This document shows, in pieces, positions 29,980-41,900 of a stretch of 64,000 nt of DNA. The stretch's first letter is position 1. The number at the start of each line of letters is the position of its first letter. Location: contig NIVC01001022.1 of the NCBI GenBank assembly GCA_002269645.1, positions 248,001 to 312,000 of the forward strand. Reading direction: 5' to 3'. The stretch comes from Macrostomum lignano. Its lineage: Eukaryota. Under the pieces are notes generated by a model that did no database searches, had not been told where the DNA came from, and worked only from the letters and a program-made list of their open reading frames with translations. Position numbers and translations under genes: made by a program.

Positions 29980-32900
29980 GTCTGCTGTCTGAATTCATTA
30001 TCGCCTTTCTTAGCAACACTCATCATATTTTGGGTTTTTTGTAGAAAAAACACCTATTTTGCTTTACTAAAATGACAAGAACCTCCTACATGTAGGTTTG
30101 TCTTATATTAGTTATAAGACTTGAATAAGACATAAGTATATATTGAATATTTTCAACAGCAACTATCGACAGAACTAGAGAAATCTACGTTGTGTGTATG
30201 CAATAATACGCTTCTGTTTTCATGCAACGATGAGGCTATGATGGCGGTCATAAATCATAAAGGTTGTTTCGGCTTGCGTTGTTCTAGCCTATTATAGACT
30301 GACAAATTAACTATATTGGCCATATGCATGCATGCGCTGCTAAACTAGAGATATAATGAATGGCGGCGGGGAAGGTTACACATGTATTATTCAATGATAG
30401 CAAGCCTTTGGGCTCGTATGTCTACGATTATTACTAATGTGTTTTCGGCTTTTATCCTTTCCAGTTGTATGTCGATTTATTTATGGAGATTATAAAAAAA
30501 ATTGTGATATTAGCTATGCTTTATAATAATAAGATATATGAGTAAAAAGTTTCGGTGCATTGTTAAGCAGTAGTTCCAGGCTAATCTGTGCTAAATAAAT
30601 TTTATGCATTAGTCGCTATTCGTCAACTAGTTGTTTTTGAATTTCAAAGAAAAAATCCGGAATTTGAATCGTCAGCTTCTAAATTAGCGCCACCGACCAC
30701 TTGATGATGCGTTGACGGCTGTTTGGCTGCCTGTTGCAGCATCAGCCGTGTGCTAGCCTGCCTTGATAGACACCTGTAGCCGAACGAGTCATTAACCATG
30801 CCTAGATTGACTCGTTTACGGAATCGAACGCTACACACAGCCAGAGTGATTGTAGCCGTTGCCAATGACAACAATAGAGCAGCTGTACCGCTAGTTAGTG
30901 TCCAAAACAATGGTGAACTCATGCAGACACTGTGCTCAGTGGCTTTAAATCTCATAGTTGCCAAGGTATTCTCGTCTGTTTTCTTGTTAACCGCCTCGGT
31001 CTCTGTCGACGGTACACCGTTGCTATTGTCCGCAGTTAGGCAGCCGCTACTGTTGCCATATTTGCTAGTTGGTCGAAGTTGTCGTTTGCACAGAATGCTG
31101 CTCACTCCGAATAGGCAGCTACCTGCGGCACCACCCGGTTCGGTCCAGTATAGCACAGTTTGTAAAGCGTCTCTTTGACTGGTGCCGCTTTTACCTGTAT
31201 GGTTGCATAATTAATGAGGATTAATTTGTGTTGTGCATGTTGGCATATTGAATCGAATTTTTTTAACAAAGCTGACATTTGGGAAGGGTCTTCAACTGTG
31301 TAGGATAAGCTAATAAACAAAATTATAGTTCAGGTTAGACGAGGGGGCGTAGTCTTAGTGGTCCAGCTTGGCGCTCTAATGTGCCAGCGGTCCAGGCTCG
31401 ATTCCAAGTGCAGTCAAATTAATTTGGGGCTAAATTGAAATCCCGGCTTGGCTCTGCTCGTGCAATCAGCGCCCAGCTTGAGGGCCAACCCCCAAGGCAC
31501 AGTGAAGTGTACATGCCTAACGATAAATAAAGTTAGGGCCGCTGTACACTCCTGTGTGAGTGTGTGCCTGTGCGTATGACTTCGTACGTATCCGCGCGCT
31601 TGTGTGCCTGCTCAGGGGAGTCGGCGGAATGGGCCGTAATGCCTCTCGCCGGTTGTGTGACAATGTCGCTTAAAGTGCGCCAGGGTGTACACGCAGCAGG
31701 CCTGCCACTAATAAAAAATATTGGGTTAGACGAAGTGAAGAAGACAAGAACAGTAGAGCGTGGAGGATAGCGAGCACAAAGAATGGGCGAGCGAGCCCCC
31801 CCCCCTCGTATAACTGTCTACTCGTATTTCGTAGATTGATCGAGATTAGTGCTTGACTTGCGATTTGAAAGTTCAGAAATTGATGAAAAGCAGAAAATGT
31901 CATCTTATTTAATATGCTTTGTGCCTGCATGTGCCAAATCGAATGTTTGTATAGTGTTTCTTTGTATCAATCAATTAATCTATCAATCAAATGGGAACTA
32001 CAAACGTTCTTCATTTGGTTATGCCAGCTTTCAAAAGCTTTTCAAAGATTGATTCTGTCGGTCTAAGTTATAAAACTATATAGTTAGCTAAGTTCCACTT
32101 TTCTACACAACTGAGAGGGGGTAGGTGGGTTCAGAATAAGCAAGTTTCACTCGCTGACCCATTGATCAATCGAGGTTTAATTTCGTTATGAAACTCTCTT
32201 GGGGGTTGGGGCTGTGGCTGGATGGAGTTTGCTTTAGTTTGAGTGCTGGATGCTCTCTTTTTATTCACATTTCGTTTGCATATAGGAGTATATAGTTGCA
32301 TATAAAACGTGGCTTGTATGCACAGTACTTACTAGAGGCACTAGCTACAGTGTGTCCTTTCAAACGGGACTATTAATTAATTAGAAATTTTCCGTCTTCG
32401 GGTGCTAGTAGCTGGGGCGTAGTTTCAATGTTCATGTATGTACTTAGCTGTCTGCGCAGTTAATTAATAAGGCCTGCTTTAATTACGCCTAAAATTCAGT
32501 TCATTATGCGAGCTAGCATAAATTAATTCCTAATTTGTATAGCTTCGTACCGCTTACGTAAAGTAAAGGTTTTGGACCCCAAAATCAATTTTCAATCCCC
32601 TCAAGCTGATTAGACTACGTTTCTTTTAATAGGCGCTGAATATTACTAGAAGTAGCCAAAAAAGCCTGTTAAAACGTTATTTACCGCTTTGCCGACGCAA
32701 TGGAAAGCACAACACTTCGCCGCGTTCGATCTCCGGATAGTCGGTTGTCATTTCAATCTTGCTGCCCAAATAGAATGATATATTATAGGGCAGTTGTTTC
32801 CAAACATAGCGTACTTCGGTTGCGTCAACAGGCATTAAGCTTTGACTGCGACAAAACTCATCTGAAGCTTTCTGCGAATTGGCTGGTTGATTTTGAAACA

Positions 32901-35900
32901 GTCGGAATTGAGTATTTGGTAGAGCCGGATTTAGCAACCCTACAAATGAACTATCAGCTAATGCAATAGTTGGAATGTTGGTTAACAACAGTGCTTGGAG
33001 AATTGTAAATATGGTCTTCATACTGAATTACCTTTTTTAGCGGGTTACCAATAGATTCTACGACTGAAGGAACGCGATTTTTATAGTTTTATTGTCGCTT
33101 GTAAAGTTGAAATTTGATCTGAATTCGACCATGATGTTTAGCATTTTATTTTACCCTATAGACTTGGTCATATCAGCAAATGCTTAAATTTGTCTTCCTG
33201 TACCTAGGAGATCTGCTCTATACAGTGCAGCAACAAAATTGTAAGACAGGAAATTAGATGTTTTATATATCGCCCAAGAAAGTGTTAGTGCAACATTCAC
33301 GCGTTCCTGTGTGTATAGGTGAAAAGCTAGCTCGGTGTTAAGTTTCTCTAGTTTTATTTTTTTGGAATTTTTGTGGTTATATGCTTACACTAATTTTAAA
33401 CATTACCTCTGTGTTACCTCTACAGTTAGTCCTTTTGTACGGCGCACAATCAGGGGGGCCGTAGCCCAGCGGTAGCGCAGCTGCTCTGGTGTGCCGCGAC
33501 CCAGCTCGATTCCAAGTGCAGCCACATTAATTTTGGGCTGGATTGGAATCTCGGCTTGGCTCGCTTGTGCAATTAACGGCCTTGAGAGCCAACCCCCCAA
33601 GGCGCAGTGAAGTGTACATGCCTAACAATTGATAAAGTTAGGGCCGCTGTACACTCCTGTGTGAGTGTGTGCCTGCGTAACGTATCCGCGCGCTTGTATG
33701 CCTGCTCAGGGGAGTCGGCGGAATGGGCAGTAATGCCTCTCGCCGGTTGTGTGCCTATGTCGCTTAAAGTGCGCCAGGGTGCACACAACCCCCCTGCCTC
33801 TAATAAAAAAACGGCGCACAATCCTCTATAGTCCCTTCGTAGGTTGTGCAACCCCTGTAGTTTTTTTGTAGTGTGTACAACACCATACAATCCTTTCACA
33901 GGATATACAACACCATACAATCAATTTGTAGGATATACAACACCATACAATCCATTCGTAGCATGTACAACACCATACAATCCTTTCACAGGATATACAG
34001 CACGATACAATCCATTCGTACCATGTACAACACCATACAATCCATTCATAGCATGTACAACACCATACAATCCATTCGTAGCGTAACATGTACAACACCA
34101 TACAATCCTTTCGTAGGATATAAAACGCCATACAATCCATTCGTAGCTTAGCATGTACAACACCATACAATCCTTTCGTAGTATGTGCAACACCATACAA
34201 TCCTTTTGTAGGATGTACAACATCATGCAACCCTTTCGTAGGATGTGCAACACCATACAATCCATTCGTAGGATGTACAACACCATACAATCCTTTCATA
34301 GGATGTGCAACACCATACAATCCATTCGTAGGATGTGCAACACCATACAATCCTTTCACAGGATATACAACACCATACAATCCATTCGTAGGATGTGCAA
34401 CACCATACAATCCTTTCATAGGATGTGCAACACCATACAATCCTTTCATAGGATGTGCAACACCATACAATCCATTCGTAGGATGTGCAACACCATACAA
34501 TCCTTTCATAGGATGTGCAACACCATACAATCCATTCGCAGGGTGTGCAACACCATACAATCCATTCGCAGGATGTACAACACCATACAATCCATTCGTA
34601 GGATGTGCAACACCATACAATCCTTTCATAGGATGTGCAACACCATACAATCCATTCGCAGGGTGTGCAACACCATACAATCCATTCGTAGGATGTGCAA
34701 CACCATACAATCCATTCGCAGGGTGTGCAACACCATACAACCCATTCGCAGGGTGTGCAACACCATACAATCCATTCGTAGGATGTGCAACACCATACAA
34801 TCCATTCGTAGGATGTGCAACACCATACAATCCTTTCATAGGATGTGCAACACCATACAATCCATTCGCAGGGTGTGCAACACCATACAACCCATTTGCA
34901 GGGTGTGCAACACCATACAATCCATTCGCAGGGTGTGCAACACCATACAACCATTCGCAGGGTGTGCAACACCATACAATCCATTCGTAGGATGTGCAAC
35001 ACCATACAATCCATTCGTAGGATGTGCAACACCATACAATCCATTTGCAGGATGTGCAACACCGTAAAATATTTTCGTAGGATTTGCTGTCCCACAGGTC
35101 TTTCAATACACTTTGGTGTACTCAGCAGCAGGGTAGCTTAATCTCTTCTGTATCATCTCTGTCTTCTTATCTGTAGTCTTTGATTTTCAATATTCGTCTG
35201 CTTAATACATATTCACGCATACTAATATGTCTTTTTTTCTTTTTTATAAACAGCAACAGCAACAGCAACAATTGCCACTATTGCGCGACTATCAACACTC
35301 GCTGGAGCGTTGCCTCGAATGGCTATTCGACGCCGAAGATCTTGTCGCCTCGGCTGCCGACGAGCAAGACGACGACAACGACGACGTTGTTGACAATGAC
35401 GAACTAAACTCGAATCGGCAGCAGCCCGCTGATAAGGTAGCGGAGCCCGTGTCCGAATCCGAGTTGAGCACAGTTCGCGAAGCTCGCCGGCAGTATCGCG
35501 ATCACGAAGCAATTGCCGATCAGCTGACTGAGAATCAGGAGGACGTCAGGTGCGTCTTGGAACTGGCTGATGCACTGCTCACCTCCGGAGAGCTGAGCGG
35601 TCCGGCTAGGAAAGAGATTCAGTCGCAGGTGCAGCTGCTTCAGACCCGATGGGACGCGCTCAGACAAGCCGCTGTTGCTAAAGAGGCTCGACTAAGAAAG
35701 CGTCTGGCCGCGCTTCAAGAGCGAGATATTCGACGGCTGAGCGGATTTCTGCACTGGGCTGAGGGCCGCATCGAGCAGGAGACGGTGGGCGGCGTCGGTC
35801 CATTTGTAGAAGACATCAAGCGGCAGTTAAGATCGCATCGCGAGTTTCAAGACTACTTGGAGATACAGGAAGCTCTGGTAGCGTCAGTGCAGGACGCTCT

Positions 35901-38900
35901 GGTATTGGACGCCGATGCTAATGGCGAGAGTGGAACGGAAACCCGAATCGAAGGCCTAGCTGCTAGATGGACAGACACCATGGCTTATAATTCTGAGCGA
36001 TTCTCAGATCTGCAATCGGCCTTGCTGGCTTGGAGACAATTTGAAGAGGATGAAAGCTTGCTTAGAGATGTGGTGAGTTGTCATGTTTTTGTAGTAAAGG
36101 AATTAGGATTATTTTAATTTCTATTGTCTGATATTCTGCCAAAAAGGATGCAATTTTAAAGCAGGAAATTCTCCATCGATAGCATAGTCGGCATAGTGGA
36201 CAATTTATGTACTAGCTAAATGTTCTCAGTTTTGATCTTGTTTCTTTAGTTGTAGTTATATTATATTAAAGAGACAGTCGAACCATAGAAAATGTTAAGG
36301 AGGCTGGTTTTCGCCGAAAAAATACGCTACGGTGATAGGAAGTTTTCGTTTTTTCAGCACAAAAATTGTTATTGCTTTCCATAGGAGGCAGACTCAATGT
36401 TCATCTTCTGATATGTTGTACCTTTCCTATAGCTCCATGAATATTTATAAAGTTTTTTCGTTAAAAAATTTAGGATTCTATGTTAATTTTTTACTCTACG
36501 TGCATTCCCTGCACCTAAAAATCTTTAAAATGCATGGCACAGTTCGACTATTTGGTTTTATGAATCTATTTTATCATCTTTGTTACACACATTGTTACAC
36601 AATCAGCTAAGAATGACAAAATAGATTCATAAAACCAATGAGTCGAGCCATGCCATTTTAATGGTGTATAGGCGCAGGACATGTGCAATTGTATGTAGAA
36701 TATAAAATAACATAGAATCCTAATTTTCTGAACGATAAACTTTATGAATATCAATAAAGCTATGTGACAGGCACAACATATCTCCGTAGTGTATTTTTTT
36801 CGGTGACAACCAGCCTCATAAACATTTTCTAAGAAGCATAGTTTCCCGTGCTAATTGAGCAGTCTTTGTATTATTAATCGTTGATCACGGCGTCGCAATA
36901 AAAACCAAGAACACAGTGCTGCCCAAACAACAAAACAAACAATGCCTGTCTTAGCGCCAGTAGATTTGGTTGCTCATCTGAATACTTGCTAACTAACTAG
37001 TGACAGGTAATAACATAAATTAACAACCCTTCCCCGTCGCAGGTGTTCTCATCGGACACCCAGGAAGCGAAGGTGAAATCACTATCTAGCTGCGTGCGCA
37101 AGCTGGAGACCACAGCCGAAGAAGTGACGTCAGCCTGTCACGACAATCCGAAATGTGCGGAAGCGCTGCGTCAAAAATTAGCCAAATGGAAGGCTGGCGA
37201 TTTTGGCGATTTAAAACCGGCGATGCCGATTTCGGCTGGTGGAGGCGGCAGCGGCGGCGACTCTGCTGGCGAGGACCTTGGGGATAGCGTAGTGGACGAT
37301 TTGAACTATAAGGTTGGTTGGAAAAGAATATATGTTTTTTGGTGATAATCTTCAAGCACTGTTATCGAAGTTGATATCAATGGCTTCAAGATTTTGTATG
37401 GTAACTGTACGGTGCTTTTTAGCCTGGCTATCCAATAAATTCATTGATTTGTTAGAAAGCATGAAATAGTCTATGGTACTCGCACTGGGGAGCCCTAAAA
37501 CCAACTCTCCTCACTCTCAAAGTGTAGCTCTGACAAAACTGTCTATGGTAAACTATCGAAGCTTTAAGGGCATTCAATTGAAGACACGGCCAATCTTATT
37601 CAACCCATGCTTCGACGATTGTCTATGGCCGAAACCATGTATGAGGAGAGCAGTTGCATGATTTCAGGCTTTAATTTGGGTATTTTGCGACGCATGAGTG
37701 CTCAATCAGATTATGCTCAATTTGCGGGACAGGTAGCGCAGGCAACTGGGTGATGACATCCACGCCTGACTCCGCAATTCTTTGCAGTTAACTATGGAAC
37801 GCCAATCCTGTAGTTTGATTTCGTCTGGTGGCCATAGGCCATTGACGAGAAACATAAGGCTATCTCAGCCTTAGCGTCTATGGGCTCGTGACTGGCTATG
37901 GTTGTCACAGCTAGGTAGTCTATCGGCCAAACCCCGGCTCCTATAACAATGCAATATTGTCTTTCTCAACCAAACAGGTTCGCAGTCTGCTAGACTGGTT
38001 CGATCGCATTGAATCAATGCTAGAATTGACATCGCTAACACACAGCGCTCGTAGCAGCCTAATGGAAGCCAGCCGGCGTAGCCTTCATCAGCAGCAGTCT
38101 CAGCAGGACTCAGCATCCGCTGCAGCTAGCGGCGATGCTGCCGAGAAACTATCAGCCGATCAGCATCGCCTACTCCTAGACGATATTCGCGACGAATTAA
38201 ACACCTGGGAGCCTCGTCTGGTTGCTGTCAGGCAGCTGGGCGATTCCTGCATTTCGCAGGGTCGCGTGCCAGCCGAAAGCGCTTTGGAAATTCAGGAACT
38301 ACTAGAAGAGATTGAGCAGCGTTGGACAGAGCTGAGCGCTGTGTGGCAGGACTGTCAGCGGCGGGCCGCGGTGGCCGATCGAGTCAGAGGATTCTACGAA
38401 TGCCTGACCCAGCTGAGGCTGGCGTTGAACCGTCAGCGGGACTTCCTGCAGAGCGCGGCCGGGCAGAGAGGCGGTCAGCTGGCGCCGCTGGCCGAGGCGG
38501 CTGCAGAGAGGCTGGCAGAGATGAAGGTCAGTCAGTTTCAGGCAGCTGTTGTATTTTTGGTGTACCAAGTCAAAGACTTGGTTTAGCCGTAGATCGATAA
38601 AAGTCCATCTAAGAGATGGGGGGATTAGTCAGAGCTCAGACTCACGACTGAAAGGTCAGGGGTTCGATTCCCGATCCCACTTGGAACAATTTGTGTCCTT
38701 GAGCAAGACACTTAACTCAGCATTGCTTCAGTTAACTCAGCTGTAAAATGGGTGCCAGCATTAGCTGGGGTAATTGAAGGTGTGTGTGGCAACCCCCCAG
38801 TCCTTGCACTGAGATGTCAGTTGCACATCACTAATAACTATTATATTATTAATATCAATTTCAGGAACTGGATCCTCAGCATCGAGACTTGGCCACTCGC

Positions 38901-41900
38901 CTATCTGAACTGCAGTGCAGCTTAGGCTCCAGTGCATCCTCAGCTACTAGCGAGGCTACTACTACTACTACTACTACTAACAACAACGGCGCTAGTAGTA
39001 ACGTTGGCGAGCAAGCCTCGAGAACTCAGCAGCTAGTAGAGCGAGACTATGCCGAGTTCAGCGCCGATTGGCTGGCCACCTTCGACGCGCTGGCCGAGCT
39101 GCACAAGCGGGCCAGCCGGGAACAGCGCGACCCCCTGTGGCGCCTGATCGGCGAGACCGAGGCCTGGTGCGACGAAGTTGCTCAGCTGCTTCGCCGGCCA
39201 ATCGCCGTCGCCTCAGACGAGGACAATGACGGCGACGAAGAAGGCGGCGGCCTGACGGAGCGGCACCGACATTTGACTAGCCTGGTGGCTTTGCTGCAAC
39301 GGCGAGGCGGCGAGAGCCTCACACGGCTGGAAGGTCTGGCAGCGGACCCCAGCCAGCCGGACAGGCAGACAGCTGCCGGGGCGCTCATCCGGCGCCTGTC
39401 GGATTTGGCTAGCAGAGCGGAGAGTCGGGCCAAGTTTGTCGGCGATCTGGTGGCTAAGAGGGCGAAGATTTGCGTGAGTTGGCTGACCTGCTATGGTTCT
39501 ATATAGACAGGCCTGTGTGTAACTTGGTGCACTTTAAGCATGCTAATTAAATTAATTGAGATTGAGAAATAGGCAAGGGTTGCTTGCTGATTACTAACAT
39601 GGCCTGATAGTACATGTGAACTCAGTGCGCAAAGAAATTGGGTAATAAAGTAGCTATAAAATGCTGTTATTTTTTTATCTACAAGTACATACAGCCGACA
39701 GGGTCAATCGACTCTTCAGCGTGCAGGAATGACTTTATTGAACACGATAATGTGGGTAATTATGTTAGGAATACATTTAAGCCAGTAAGGGCTTCATATA
39801 CTAATAAGACAGTGGGCTGACTTTCCCGAAAGAATGGGGCAAGGGTTGCTAATTTTGACCATGGTTGATATTGATAACGGGATTGAAGTCGAGAGATAAC
39901 AGAAGATAGCCAGAATCAATCAATCGATAATTTAATTGTAATATCAAGATAAAGGATCTGTAAAAAACTGAGTAATTGATTTATCTGATAGCTAATTAGC
40001 GCCCCTTTGACCCCGCAGTGCGAAATTGAAAAGAGAAAAACCATTAAGATTATTTATTTACGGTCTTGTGTACCAATTTCTTATCTACACGAAAGGGTCG
40101 ATCGGCCCTTCGTGTACACAACCGACTCCCCTGAGCAGGCGCACAAGCGCGCGCGGATACGTACGCAGTCATACGCACAGGCACACACACAGGAGTGTAC
40201 AGCGGCCCTAACTTTATTTATCGTTAGACATGTACACTTCAATGTGCCTTGGGGGTTGGCCCTGCGGCTGGGCGTTAATTGCACAAGCAGAGCCAAGCCG
40301 GGATTCCCCAAATTTATCCCCAAATTAATGTGACTGCACTTGGAATCGAGCCTGGGCCGCTGGACCACCAGACTACGGCCCCCGTTTTATAGGGACACAG
40401 ATGCTTTATTTGAAAATATGTACGTTTTTTAGATAGGCTGCTTCTATGTCGAGAAGTTTGATATAAAATGTATATCAATGCATTGCGATGTGGGTATTTC
40501 AATGTATTTTAATTGGGGGTATTTCAAAGCATTAAGATAAGGGTATTTCAATGCATTAGAATAGGGGTATTTCAATGCATTGTGATAGGGGTATTTCAAA
40601 GCATTAAGATAAGGGTATTTCAATGCATTAGAATAGGGGTATTTCAACGCGTTATGATAGGGGTATTTCAATGCATGAGAACTTGATTCTGAGCATCCCG
40701 CAAAACCAACTCACAATTCAGTCGCAGCTACAAGAGCTCGAAAACTGGTCCATGGACATGAGCGAATTCGCCAACACTCTGGCTTTGGTTCGCGTAGAAT
40801 CTCGCGCCGATTTGAAATCTCAACTAGCCGAATTAGACGGCGCCATTGCCGACGTGATGGCGCTGGCGCCAAAAGCTAGCGCTGTTCGCGATTTAGTCGG
40901 CGAACTTGCCGCCTATTGCGAAGAGAATTATCGAGCGGCGCTTAGCGCCAGGTCCGAATCGGTTGCTAACGGATTGGCGCCGGTGCAGCAACGGTTGGAA
41001 GCGCAACGAGCAGAGCTGTGCGCCAGACTCGAGGTAAGGAATCTTTTTTGAGTTCAATTTTTGCTGCAAAATGTTTTAGTTGCTACTTGTGAGTAGGCTG
41101 GTCTCTGTAGTATTTCTCAGTCACTGTTATTTGTCTGCTGGTACCGATTCTTTGGATCTCTAAACGCTTGTGTGCGCGCTATGGTTTGGACCATGGCCTG
41201 GGATGGTATCTCCGCATCCTGCTTTGTCTCCGATCTTTATTCCCCCTCTCCACCTCTCCTCTCTCTCTCCCTCTTCTTCTCCCTCTCTCCTTCTACCTCT
41301 CCCCTTCTCCCTCTCCTCCCCCCTCTCTCCTATCTCTCCTCTTACCCCTCCTCCTACTATCCATCTCCCCCTCTCTCCCCTTCCCCTCTCCTTCTCACCC
41401 TCTGTCCTCCTCCTCTCTCCATCTCCTCTCTCCTTCTCCCCCTCCCCCCTTTTCCTCTTTCTCTCTACTTCTCTTCTTTTTCCCTCTCTCCATCTCCTCT
41501 CTCCTCTCCCTTCTCTCCTTCCATATCTGTAAACTGGTATATACACTTCACTGTGCCTTAGGGGTCAGGCCTCAAAGGCGTTAACTATACACGAGCAGAG
41601 CCAAGCCGAGGTTTCAATTCATTCCCGAAATCAATTTGACTGCACTTGGAATCGAGCCTGGGCCGCTGTGCTAACACTCGTAACACCACCCCAAAATCGC
41701 AACCGCACCCCCTGTGTGAAACAGCTGACACTCGTACACCACCCCAAAATTGCAACCGCACCCCCTGTGTGAAACAGCTGACACTCGTACACCACCCCAA
41801 AATCGCAACCGCACCCCCTGTGTGAAACAGCTGACACTCGTACACTACCCCAAAATCGCAACCGCACCCCCTGTGTGAAACAGCTGACACTCGTACACCA

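Noticed and set aside
31540-31700. HDV-like ribozyme in the SINE-A body
   Set aside because: L3-like and J4/2-like words are present, but P1/P2 pairing is poor and does not covary among copies.
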